Shown here: in pieces, positions 18,036-27,390 of the stretch
How the letters are laid out: each line of letters begins with the position of its first letter
How positions within the stretch are numbered: position 1 is the first letter of the stretch
From: Methanobacteriota archaeon
Lineage (GTDB): Archaea; Thermoplasmatota; Poseidoniia; Poseidoniales; Poseidoniaceae
Assembly (NCBI GenBank): GCA_018650165.1
Contig: JABIGM010000019.1
Coordinates: forward strand, 1-36,108
DNA length: 36,108 bases
Direction of reading: 5' to 3'
Program-made: the position numbers and the translations under genes
The notes under the pieces: model-generated
Told to the model about the DNA's origin: nothing
The model's input: the letters and a program-made list of their open reading frames with translations, nothing else
Databases searched by the model: none

Positions 18036-18725
18036 ATGTCATTCATGGACGATATTAAAACCGACACAAATCTACAGAAATTAGTTGCAGGTATGGTTTT
18101 CTTCGCACTAGTTTTCCCTCTTTATTTTGGATATGCTTCCGGACAAGCAGATACGGATTTTAGCATGAGTGGACCAGTCGGAGATTATACGGTAAATGGA
18201 ACAATATCTTTCCATGAAATCGGTTCAGGCGGTGAGTTAATCGAACACGAGAAAACAGCAATTGTTGGAGCCAATTCAGATGCCGGGGGAGTGGAAGACC
18301 TGAATATTATAGGTTTTAGAATAACTACTAGCCATACAGATACCGAAACTCCTTGCGCACCAACCGCAACCCCTCAAGATGATGAAATTTCTGTTTTAGG
18401 TGGAATAAATGACAACACTACTTCCTATACCGGTACCGAATCAAATTGGGAAGGGTCCTATTTCTTCGTATCTGACTTTTTGAATGTGACATTTGAAGAA
18501 GTCTCTTCAACAGATTTAGACGAGCTGTTAGATGGTGGAGATGCCGGCTTTGGAGAATATACCTTTGAATTAGGAGTGACAGTTAATCGTGGCCAAGCAC
18601 CGTTTGGTGCTTGTACAAATAATGACAACAACGAACAAGTAGATTGGAAGATCGAATTGATTTCTTTGGAATACACCCTCGAAACGGTCGAGGCTGAAGA
18701 AGAGGAAGAAGAATCCGAAGACTAA
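18036..18725 (+). CDS. Hypothetical membrane-anchored acidic surface protein
   Basis: GGAGGAG SD, one N-terminal TM, acidic beta-rich remainder with two Cys. Confidence 0.8.
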   Translation: MSFMDDIKTDTNLQKLVAGMVFFALVFPLYFGYASGQADTDFSMSGPVGDYTVNGTISFHEIGSGGELIEHEKTAIVGANSDAGGVEDLNIIGFRITTSHTDTETPCAPTATPQDDEISVLGGINDNTTSYTGTESNWEGSYFFVSDFLNVTFEEVSSTDLDELLDGGDAGFGEYTFELGVTVNRGQAPFGACTNNDNNEQVDWKIELISLEYTLETVEAEEEEEESED

Positions 18726-20117
18726 TCACAGCAATTTGCTAATATTGGTTATTGGTGAAACTCTCTCATCAATCATTGCAAGTATCTCATCGAGAGTTTC
18801 TTGATCGTTCGCTTCAACTCTCATAACAAGAATCGCTTCTGTGTTCGATTTGCGAGCTAGATACCAAGCAGACTGCACTCCGTCCTTTTCGAAGCGCACC
18901 CTTACGCCGTCAATGGTCGAAGAATCATGGTCAGCAAAAGCCGCTGTGATTGCAGCAACGGTAGCCAACTTGTCCTCTTCAGCACACGGGATTTTCACTT
19001 CGCCAGTAGTTGGTAGGTTAGGCGCTAAGCGGTTTAATTCTGAACTGAAAGAAGCATCTCTGCGAGACCATAACTCTAGAATTCTAGCAGCGTTGTAAAG
19101 TGAACAATCAAAGCCATACCATCCACGGTCAGACATGAATATATGGCCACTCATTTCTCCAGCCATCAATGAATTAGGATGCTCTGCAAGAACTCTCTTC
19201 ATGAATGAATGACCGGTCTTTGCCATCATTGGTTTTCCACCAGCGGCAATAATTGCTTTTTCAACATTCATCGAACATTTGACATCATAGATTAGCAAAT
19301 CTTTTCCCTCTTCGGTTCCAACTACGTCGTCTGCCATCAAAGCAATTAATCGGTCAGGATAAACGAAGTCACCGTTTTCGTCGACAGCTCCGATTCTATC
19401 ACCATCTCCATCAGCACCCAAGCCCAATTCGCAATCATTGTCAACAACAGCCTTGGCTAAATCTATCATGTTGTATTCACGAGTTGGGTCTGCTCCATGA
19501 TTTGGTTCAGTATTATCCCAATCGCAGTACAAGTCGATATGGTCTGCACCAATCATGTCGAGAAGACGAACCATTGCTGGTCCAGGGACTGCATTGCCAC
19601 AATCGACTGCGACTTTCACAGGTCTAGCGAGTTTACCAGTTGATGCGACAATCGCTTCGAGGTATCTGTCTTCATGAGGATGATCAATATGTTCGCCATT
19701 ACCCTCTCTGAATTCTCCAGTTAGGAATACATCCTTCAATTCTTGAATTTCTTCACCGGCAAGCGGTAAAGTTCCTCTACACATCTTGAATCCATTATGC
19801 GTAGGCATTGGTAAGTGTGATGCAGTAACCATTACTCCCCCATCAACCGGTAATGTCCAACAGGCATGGTACAAGCAACCGGTCGAAACAATCCCTAAAT
19901 CTAGGACTTTAACGCCAGAGTCAACCAGTCCTTGAATTAGGTTTGATGCATAACTTGGACTCGATTCACGAATATCCCTTCCAACTGCGAAGGAAGAGCA
20001 ATCAAGGTAAGTTGCCATTGCACGGCCTAGGCGGTATGCGAATTCATCGGACAACTCTTCACCTGACAACCCACGGATATCGTAGGCTTTGAAACAGTGC
20101 GTTGGCCATGTGCCCAT
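18726..20117 (-). CDS. Phosphomannomutase/phosphoglucomutase (alpha-D-phosphohexomutase)
   Basis: FKAYDIRG, VTASH (phosphoserine), DGDGDR (metal loop), GEMSGH (sugar loop), RKSNTE. ATG 20117 preferred because the track extension overlaps the upstream ORF. Confidence 0.94.
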   Translation of the reverse strand: MGTWPTHCFKAYDIRGLSGEELSDEFAYRLGRAMATYLDCSSFAVGRDIRESSPSYASNLIQGLVDSGVKVLDLGIVSTGCLYHACWTLPVDGGVMVTASHLPMPTHNGFKMCRGTLPLAGEEIQELKDVFLTGEFREGNGEHIDHPHEDRYLEAIVASTGKLARPVKVAVDCGNAVPGPAMVRLLDMIGADHIDLYCDWDNTEPNHGADPTREYNMIDLAKAVVDNDCELGLGADGDGDRIGAVDENGDFVYPDRLIALMADDVVGTEEGKDLLIYDVKCSMNVEKAIIAAGGKPMMAKTGHSFMKRVLAEHPNSLMAGEMSGHIFMSDRGWYGFDCSLYNAARILELWSRRDASFSSELNRLAPNLPTTGEVKIPCAEEDKLATVAAITAAFADHDSSTIDGVRVRFEKDGVQSAWYLARKSNTEAILVMRVEANDQETLDEILAMIDERVSPITNISKLL

Positions 20118-20149
20118 GTTGTAGGCCAGCGAGTCTTCTCGTATGTATT

Positions 20150-20341
20150 TCATCGCCTTGTAAGAAATGAAATTGTTAATGCGATTGTTAGAAAAATTCC
20201 CCATTCAAGCAAGATGTCATTCCACCAAGCTGCTATTGTTAAGGCAGAGATTATTGGAACACTAATTTTGAGCAATACAGGCCACGTCATTAGATCTTCA
20301 GGAGGCTCCTCTAGATATGGGGAGCCTGGCATTTTAATCAC
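20150..20341 (-). CDS. Small two-TM membrane protein
   Basis: 63-aa ORF with two hydrophobic segments, start overlapping the RidA stop; fills the gap in an apparent operon. Confidence 0.65.
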   Translation of the reverse strand: MIKMPGSPYLEEPPEDLMTWPVLLKISVPIISALTIAAWWNDILLEWGIFLTIALTISFLTRR

Positions 20342-20712
20342 TCACTAGAATCGATTGCCTGAACAACGATTTCGACCTTTGCGCCAGCAGGTAGAGCTCC
20401 TGCTTCAAATGCAGCCCGTGCAGGCTTGATTACCACATTTTCAACCCATGCGCCGTACACTTCATTCATTGCAGCGAAATCATTGATGTCATCTAAGAGA
20501 ACTTGCGCATAGCAAATCGCTTCTTTAGTGACTCCAGCCGCCTCAAGTAGAGCATCGATTTTTGCAAGTGCGCCGGATGTCTGACTTTTGATGTCATCTC
20601 CGGCCTCAACATCTATCTGTCCAGATAGCCAAATCATACTACCAGCCTTCACTCCAGGGGTATATGGTCCATACAATTTACTTCCAGCCACGCTAATCGC
20701 TTTCTTCTGCAT
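20338..20712 (-). CDS. RidA/YjgF/YER057c/UK114 family protein
   Basis: GPYTPGV, WLSGQI, DFAAMNEVYG, PARAAFEAGALPAGAKVEI. Confidence 0.93.
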   Translation of the reverse strand: MQKKAISVAGSKLYGPYTPGVKAGSMIWLSGQIDVEAGDDIKSQTSGALAKIDALLEAAGVTKEAICYAQVLLDDINDFAAMNEVYGAWVENVVIKPARAAFEAGALPAGAKVEIVVQAIDSSE

Positions 20713-20767
20713 AATAGGGCGCACTACATGGTGGCACATCAAAATAGCCCGTCATTCTCGAGTAATC

Positions 20768-21694
20768 ATGGCGACTGGGTGGGTTATCGATCATCCAGCG
20801 CACGCTCGGCTATTTGCGCCGCTAATGCGTGAGTTATCTTCGACCGATGACATCATCATAGCATGCGATAGAATCGAAGTAAGGGCAATGCTCGAGAATT
20901 GCGATGGACATATGCCTCGTAGACGAATTGTATGGGTGCCACGCCCGGTTGGAAAGGGGCGTTGGCGTAAGGCATGGAAACGCAGGAAGATATCTGGCAA
21001 AGCTCTGAAGGGAGTAGACAAAGTGGTAAGCGTAGGCGCACCGATTGAATTGAGGGCAGCGCCACGTAAAGCAAAACGCATCTACATCACAGATACCGAA
21101 GTAAACCATCTTGCTCATAGATTAGCAAAACCAACAGATATCATAATCCCAACCCATTTTATCGATTCTCTATCTGGTCCACTGATGAATAAGAAAGCAA
21201 AATTTCACAGAATAGATGGCTTGCATGGGCACATTCACCTAAGGCCACAATTGCGTTCGAAAGAGGTAAGAGAACCACCCAAAGTATTGGTGAGAAGATT
21301 GCTTGGAGATGGGATTCATGATAGCGATGAGATATTATCCATTCCTGAAAACTGGTTCGAAGGATTGACAATTCACTATGCTGATGAAAATGAAGTAGAA
21401 GGTAATCCGTGGGATTTAGATCGCACAATTGCCGGCATGGATGGAGTCATTACACAATCGGTAACTATGGCTAGTGAGGCAGTATTACTAGGTTTACCAA
21501 CCCTACTAGTGACCAAAGCAGTACGAGGTTTTATCGACAGGCTAATCGAGGATGGCTATCCATTATTCGTAGTTCGCGAACATGATGAGTCCATTCTAGC
21601 TGCATGGCTCGCAGGTATGCATTTAACAGATGCCATCGAGGTTCCAGATTGGCCAGATACTAAGTCAGAAATGCTTGATTTTATCAAGCATTGA
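20768..21694 (+). CDS. DUF354 family GT-B fold putative glycosyltransferase
   Basis: N-terminal WVIDHPAHARLF resembles DUF354 (WID...PHVHFF); C-terminal TMASEAVLLGLPT resembles GT-B donor-binding motif. ATG 20768 preferred over the track start inside ridA. Confidence 0.72.
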   Translation: MATGWVIDHPAHARLFAPLMRELSSTDDIIIACDRIEVRAMLENCDGHMPRRRIVWVPRPVGKGRWRKAWKRRKISGKALKGVDKVVSVGAPIELRAAPRKAKRIYITDTEVNHLAHRLAKPTDIIIPTHFIDSLSGPLMNKKAKFHRIDGLHGHIHLRPQLRSKEVREPPKVLVRRLLGDGIHDSDEILSIPENWFEGLTIHYADENEVEGNPWDLDRTIAGMDGVITQSVTMASEAVLLGLPTLLVTKAVRGFIDRLIEDGYPLFVVREHDESILAAWLAGMHLTDAIEVPDWPDTKSEMLDFIKH

Positions 21695-22087
21695 CATATG
21701 GTCTCCAGCTAAACTCTCTACTTCAGAAATCCGATACCAAGCTGCACTTGCAGCGTCATCCCCAGCAATGGGTTCTTCAAATGCAGCTACAAGATAAGCA
21801 ATTGAAACAATATGGCCCCGAGGGTCCCTTTTTGGGTCCCCCTTTACACAAAGTAATCTGACAACCTTGCCATCAATCCCGCACTCTTCTTTGAGTTCAC
21901 GAATGACAGCAACCTCAGGGTCTTCATCAGACTCGACAAAACCTCCTGGAAAAGCAAGCATTCCTTTCCAAGGCTCATTCTTTCGTCGAATTAGAAGGAC
22001 TTCATCGCCTCGGATAGCGATGGCATCTACTGCTAAAGAGGGTTGAGGCCATTGGCCACAATCATCACAAGCAGCCAAATCACTCAC
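21665..22087 (-). CDS. Nudix hydrolase (ADP-ribose pyrophosphatase/MutT-like)
   Basis: Intact Nudix box GGFVESDEDPEVAVIRELKEECGI, DPKRDPRGH, AGDDA; GTG 22087 overlaps the uppS stop. Confidence 0.9.
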   Translation of the reverse strand: MSDLAACDDCGQWPQPSLAVDAIAIRGDEVLLIRRKNEPWKGMLAFPGGFVESDEDPEVAVIRELKEECGIDGKVVRLLCVKGDPKRDPRGHIVSIAYLVAAFEEPIAGDDAASAAWYRISEVESLAGDHMSMLDKIKHF

Positions 22088-22859
22088 CAAACCTACGCTT
22101 GCGTGCTTGATATGTCTGAATCGCTTTGAGCAATTCTTTTTTAGAAAATGATGGCCAAAATACATCAGTAAAATATAATTCACTATATGCCATTTGCCAA
22201 AGTAAAAAGTTTGAGATGCGCTCTTCCCCTGAGGTCCGAATGACGAGATCCGGATCTGGCATTTCAGCAGTGTAAAGTCTGCGACTAACTTCTTCTTCAT
22301 CGATTGATTCGAGTGGTAGTTTTCCAGAGCAATGGTCCTCTGCAATACTTTTTATCGCTGCTAACATCTCTTCACGACTGCCATAAGCAAGACAAATTGT
22401 GAACGTATAGTCCTCGTATTCCGAGGTTTTATTTTCCGCATAATCGATTGCCTCATTTACTGAATCTGGCAATAATTCACGCCTACCAATTATCTGAACC
22501 TTAACACGATTTTCGTGAATTCGAGGGTCATCGGCAATATCTCTTAATCCCTCAATATAGAGTTTGAATAGTCCATCTAGTTCATCGATTTGGCGACTTA
22601 GATTTTCAGTTGATAACGCATAGACAGTAAAATATTTAATTTCCAATTCCATTACCCAATCAAGCACTTGTTCGAGTTTCATTTTGCCCATCTTATGGCC
22701 AATATCAGTTTCCAAAGCTTTGGACCAAGCGAATCTTCGATTGCCATCCATAATAATTGCAAGGTGGTTGACTTTTACTGGATGTTTGATTACGTTTCGC
22801 AATAATTTTGCCTCAACAGCATTACCAAGAACATCTCCGAGGCGGTTGCTAATACCCAT
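22080..22859 (-). CDS. uppS: cis-polyprenyl diphosphate synthase (UppS family)
   Basis: HLAIIMDGNRR, YALSTENL, AYGSREE, PDPDLVIRTSGEERISNFLLWQMAYSELYF, RRFG. Confidence 0.96.
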   Translation of the reverse strand: MGISNRLGDVLGNAVEAKLLRNVIKHPVKVNHLAIIMDGNRRFAWSKALETDIGHKMGKMKLEQVLDWVMELEIKYFTVYALSTENLSRQIDELDGLFKLYIEGLRDIADDPRIHENRVKVQIIGRRELLPDSVNEAIDYAENKTSEYEDYTFTICLAYGSREEMLAAIKSIAEDHCSGKLPLESIDEEEVSRRLYTAEMPDPDLVIRTSGEERISNFLLWQMAYSELYFTDVFWPSFSKKELLKAIQTYQARKRRFGE

Positions 22860-22933
22860 ATTTGTCGCCCCCTCTATCCTCCCGATTATCTTCAACCGTT
22901 TGAGTTAATCCCCCTCGCCCCCTCGGCTCTTTC

Positions 22934-23968
22934 ATGGAGGAGCGACCTTGGTGGCCAAAGGGCATCTTGCAAAGTCACGATGCCTCCACAATATCCACTA
23001 CTTGGGGTACAAAGAATCTCCATAATCCAGATGTCACTATTGAATGGTGGAACTCTTTGGATAATACCTGGGGCGACTGGCCTGAAATTACAAACTATGA
23101 ATTGATTGAAGAAGATCGAAGTGGAATGTGGTTCGATATTGGTCAATTCAGGGCTCTCGTAATTCCTATCCCGACTGGCAAACATGTATCGCGATTAGTA
23201 CGAAACCCCCAACTGAAAGCAAGACTGAACACACAGTTACAATTGCCGATTGCAGGCTGCGATAAAGATGGAGACCACGTCCTCATCTATCCTAAAGAAA
23301 ATCCAAAAAAGGTGACGGCCAAATCCCTTGCAGAGTTACATAAATCTCTGATTGATGGAAATTGGACTACCCCAAATGATGAACATGGGTGGAATGCAAG
23401 ACTGAAAAAAGTAGAGGACACGCTCAAAACCAGTACCCTTTGGAGAGCGCCCCATAGTTACCTGACCATCGGAATACCTAGAATTGAATTGAATGGAATG
23501 CGGCCAATTCCAATTCCGCTTAGTGAAGCGTTAATTTGGCCAGAACACACAAATCTTCCAATGATAAGGCAAGCCATAAAGCACAATGTGTTACTAAAAT
23601 GGCGAGAATATATCCCTTCCAAACATTGGGATGAAAGTGTTCTCCGTGTGGCGACCGGGGGGGTTGCGCATATGAAATACGACTTGAATCTATTAGCCAA
23701 AGCCGAATCTGTTGCGTTTGGATATGACGTTCCCGAAGTTGATGAATATCTTGCAGGTGTAGACCGTTTTCAAACAAAATTAGGGAATATGCGTCTTATG
23801 AAAATGGGAATACCATTAGCGATATTTGGATTGATAGGCTCCTTTTGGTTAAGTCGCGCAGGAGAGTTCGCTAACCCAAATATTGGGTATATCACCTTTG
23901 GAATAATCGGGTTGATTTCAGCTTCTCTTTATTCTGTTTCCGAACCAGATTGGCGCGATCAATTGTGA
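22934..23968 (+). CDS. Hypothetical protein with C-terminal TM hairpin; possibly a degenerate phosphotransferase-like fold
   Basis: 344-aa ORF, two C-terminal TMs; SLAELHKSL resembles the APH-family helix but no HxD/DxE motifs are seen. Confidence 0.7.
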   Translation: MEERPWWPKGILQSHDASTISTTWGTKNLHNPDVTIEWWNSLDNTWGDWPEITNYELIEEDRSGMWFDIGQFRALVIPIPTGKHVSRLVRNPQLKARLNTQLQLPIAGCDKDGDHVLIYPKENPKKVTAKSLAELHKSLIDGNWTTPNDEHGWNARLKKVEDTLKTSTLWRAPHSYLTIGIPRIELNGMRPIPIPLSEALIWPEHTNLPMIRQAIKHNVLLKWREYIPSKHWDESVLRVATGGVAHMKYDLNLLAKAESVAFGYDVPEVDEYLAGVDRFQTKLGNMRLMKMGIPLAIFGLIGSFWLSRAGEFANPNIGYITFGIIGLISASLYSVSEPDWRDQL

Positions 23969-25047
23969 CGTCTACGGTTGTCATGGAACCTGAGTCCACA
24001 TGTCTTAGCGAGTTCCATTATTTGGATTAATAATTCCTCACGGGCTTCTCTCTCAGCAGTACCACTAGCGATATCCCAGTATATGTTACAACCAATATCG
24101 ACTGCATCAGGGCCTAGTGATGAGATTCGTGCATATGATGCATCTTCTTTCATCGTCTTCTCATGCTTCACTACAAGGTCAACAACTCCACTGCAGAATT
24201 CTAACACATCGGACGGTTCTGAATTTATATCTAGTTTGAAAATTGGTTGCCAACGACGGAATCTTCGCTTGCCCCAATTTTCAACAGGAGTATTTGTCAA
24301 GTTAGCATTAGGCATCGTAATTACAGTATCAAGACTGGTTCGAATCAATGTTGTGCGAAGACCGATTTGTATGACTTCACCTTCAACAGATCCAATAATT
24401 ATCCAATCTCCAACTTGGAAAGGCCGGTCGAGTAGAACGGTTGTTGCACCAAAGATATTCGAAATAGTATCTTGAGCAGCGAGTGCTAGAGCAAGTCCTG
24501 TAATTCCTAAGCCGGCAACCATCGTAGTTAGGTCAAACCCGAGCGCATCTGCGATGAAAACCAATCCGAAAATGACAATCAAGAAACGCATAATACTCTC
24601 AGCAGCAGAAACCACAGTTTTTTGAGAACCATCTAATTCTCCATCATCATCAGTCCAAATTACAAATCCATGAACCACTCCCACAAATCTGAAAGCAGTA
24701 ATTACAATTGAGACTACCATTCCTAATTTGAGCAAGGATTCTACCATGCCTAAATCGGCTATCAGCATCAGGCTAACCCAGCAACCAGCAGCAACTCCAA
24801 GTGATTTACCTGAACCGATTAATGCTTCACTTGCAACTTCACTAACCTTGCGTAAATTACCAAAAACACGTGGTAACAATCGACCACATAGTTCTCTAAT
24901 TATGAATATCAAAGTCAGTAGTATAGCGACTGTAATAATGCTTTCAGCACTTACTCCAAAAATCTCTTTGTCGTGGCCTGGAATGGCATCAATAATTCTC
25001 TGCATAACCCTTTCGAGGAGCACTAGAGGGAAGTGGTTTTCGCTCAT
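23959..25047 (-). CDS. mscS: Small-conductance mechanosensitive channel, MscS family
   Basis: GLGITGLALALAAQDTISNIFG, DRPFQVGDWI, GEVIQIGLRTTLIRT, MPNANL. Confidence 0.95.
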   Translation of the reverse strand: MSENHFPLVLLERVMQRIIDAIPGHDKEIFGVSAESIITVAILLTLIFIIRELCGRLLPRVFGNLRKVSEVASEALIGSGKSLGVAAGCWVSLMLIADLGMVESLLKLGMVVSIVITAFRFVGVVHGFVIWTDDDGELDGSQKTVVSAAESIMRFLIVIFGLVFIADALGFDLTTMVAGLGITGLALALAAQDTISNIFGATTVLLDRPFQVGDWIIIGSVEGEVIQIGLRTTLIRTSLDTVITMPNANLTNTPVENWGKRRFRRWQPIFKLDINSEPSDVLEFCSGVVDLVVKHEKTMKEDASYARISSLGPDAVDIGCNIYWDIASGTAEREAREELLIQIMELAKTCGLRFHDNRRRHN

Positions 25048-25131
25048 TTTAGTTATCTGAGCCCCCTAAGGGGGGCTATTTCATGGACGCGACGCTTTGA
25101 AGAGGGGGGCGGCTCTGGCTAGAGCGATAGC

Positions 25132-27390
25132 ATGAGTTTCGAATCCCGTCAAAGTTCACTCGCAATTCTTCTATTGCCGTTTTTGCTATCTTTCCTTTCA
25201 CCTATGGTTAGTGCTAGTGTTGAACAAAGTGAAATTGCTGCAGAAGAGCAAACTGATATGGAACCATGGGACCAATGGGACCAAGATGATGAAGGGAAAT
25301 ACATTTTTTGCGAATACAATTCTGAAGGCAATGCAGAGTGTGATTATCTATTCCCTTGGGGGGGCGATGAACAGATGCAATTCAAGGAATATCATTCTTA
25401 TGAAACGATGAAAGCCCGAATGCTTCGCTTAGCAGCAGATAATTCTGAATTTATGCAATTTCATGAAGGATTAAACGGTGGAACAAACGCACGTGGAGAG
25501 CAAACAACATCCAATAATTACGAAGGTTGGTATTACGGACACGGCTCACCTTGGTTGAAGATTACTGGTAATGTAGAGGGCGGAGTTACTAACACATTTA
25601 ACGGCGATAGTGGTAACTATCCAGACCGACCTGATGTCATGATTGTTGGAAACCATCACGCTCGAGAATGGATGAGTTATGAAACACCGCTTCTTGTGAT
25701 GGAAACAATAGCTTACTACTATGGAAAGGGCCCTATCGATAATGATGGCGATGGACTCATTGACGAAGATCCATGGGGCGATGCAGATGGCGATGGTCAA
25801 ATTGATGATGATGGCGACTGTCTCTCCTTAGCCGCAGAATGGCAAGACAGTAATGGGGACGGAAAGCCCTGTAACCCGGGAGATTTCGGTGTCGATGAAG
25901 ATTTCAGTGAAGTGGAATTAACCAATCTTGTTAACAATCGAGAAATCTATCTTATTCCAATGTTAAATGTTGATGGTAACAAGTATGACCGTGAAGTTTG
26001 GGTTGGCAACAATTGTGATGGCGGAGAAGCTTGGGAGAACGGTTGTGCAACATCTGGATGGAGAAAGAACCTACGTGATAACACTGTAACCGGAGTAACT
26101 CCAATTCCTGACCCTGACGAAGCAGTAGACCCTGCTTGTGACGGAGTTGACCTAAACAGGAATTACCAATTTGAATGGGGCGCACCTCTAGGGGCAACCG
26201 GCCCATTATTCCCTGGAATGTGTTATGCAGGTGAAGCCGGTCCAAACAATGATGTTTACAACGGACCAGTTGATACAACAGACCAAGATGACGACGGCCG
26301 TCTCAATGAAGACCATGTTGATGGAAAGGATGACGATGGAGACGGACTACTCGATGAAGACTGGATGGGTGGAAACTCCGAACCGGAAACAAAGTTCATC
26401 CAAGATTTGACTGAAATGAATGATGATGATGGTGACGGTTCTTCTGATTACAAAACCACATTGACTTACCACTCCTTCTCTGAATTGGTATTGTATCCAT
26501 GGGGACACTGCACTAATTGTCAGAGTCCCGACCATGAGCAATTGATTTACCATGGTGACCAAATGGCAACTATGACCGATTACACAAATATGCAATCTTC
26601 AGATTTATATCCAACCTCTGGAGATTTCTGTGATTGGCATTATGGGGTTCACGGCTCTTACTGTTACACTATGGAAATCGGAACTGCATTCCATCAACAT
26701 CAGGATGATGTTGACCATATTGCTGTTAGAAATATTGGTGTTGCATTTTACATGGCCGAAATGGCAGATAATCCACGTGAAAGAGCCGATTTGGCATTAG
26801 CCAATGTTTGGAGAAATCAAATTCTTGAGCAACCTAGCCAACTCGTTATTCCTGCATCTGGCTCAATACCTGTCGAAATGTGCTTAGACACAGCCTTCTC
26901 TATCGATTATGCTGATTCTGCGTCCCATGTAATGTACAGGATGGTCAAACCAAGTCGTTCCCAATCCGATTATGGGCCAGGCGAATGGTTCTCTGAAGAT
27001 TGGTCATCTGTAGGATTTGAATCTGCAGATGATGATTGTGAACTTCTCAATTCAAGCGGTACAGGGTACAAGATTGTAGCATACCTTCCAATAGAAGATA
27101 CTGCGAATGGTAAGTTGCATTACAAGGCAATGATTTCCACTCTTAGTGGAACACAGAAGGTTGAGTATCCTCAAAATTCACAATATTATGAAATTAAGAT
27201 TGACTACAGAGCTCCATTCGGTTCCTTGTTTGGTTCAGTTATGTTATTCATGACAGTGGCAGTATTTGTTTGGGGTGGATTAGGTGTTTGTCTCAGAATG
27301 ATGATGGTAGACCCCGACGAGGTAAAATATCTGGATGATGTTTCTGATGCAATTCTTGATGCTGAACTTTCTGAGGAGGACTCTTCATGA
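25132..27390 (+). CDS. Membrane-anchored M14 zinc carboxypeptidase (carboxypeptidase T-like) with Asp-rich DxDxDG inserts
   Basis: HAREW (HxxE), NVDG, WRKN, GVDLNRN, YHSFSELVLYPWG, GDFCDW, YTMEIG; N-terminal signal peptide, C-terminal TM. Confidence 0.9.
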   Translation: MSFESRQSSLAILLLPFLLSFLSPMVSASVEQSEIAAEEQTDMEPWDQWDQDDEGKYIFCEYNSEGNAECDYLFPWGGDEQMQFKEYHSYETMKARMLRLAADNSEFMQFHEGLNGGTNARGEQTTSNNYEGWYYGHGSPWLKITGNVEGGVTNTFNGDSGNYPDRPDVMIVGNHHAREWMSYETPLLVMETIAYYYGKGPIDNDGDGLIDEDPWGDADGDGQIDDDGDCLSLAAEWQDSNGDGKPCNPGDFGVDEDFSEVELTNLVNNREIYLIPMLNVDGNKYDREVWVGNNCDGGEAWENGCATSGWRKNLRDNTVTGVTPIPDPDEAVDPACDGVDLNRNYQFEWGAPLGATGPLFPGMCYAGEAGPNNDVYNGPVDTTDQDDDGRLNEDHVDGKDDDGDGLLDEDWMGGNSEPETKFIQDLTEMNDDDGDGSSDYKTTLTYHSFSELVLYPWGHCTNCQSPDHEQLIYHGDQMATMTDYTNMQSSDLYPTSGDFCDWHYGVHGSYCYTMEIGTAFHQHQDDVDHIAVRNIGVAFYMAEMADNPRERADLALANVWRNQILEQPSQLVIPASGSIPVEMCLDTAFSIDYADSASHVMYRMVKPSRSQSDYGPGEWFSEDWSSVGFESADDDCELLNSSGTGYKIVAYLPIEDTANGKLHYKAMISTLSGTQKVEYPQNSQYYEIKIDYRAPFGSLFGSVMLFMTVAVFVWGGLGVCLRMMMVDPDEVKYLDDVSDAILDAELSEEDSS

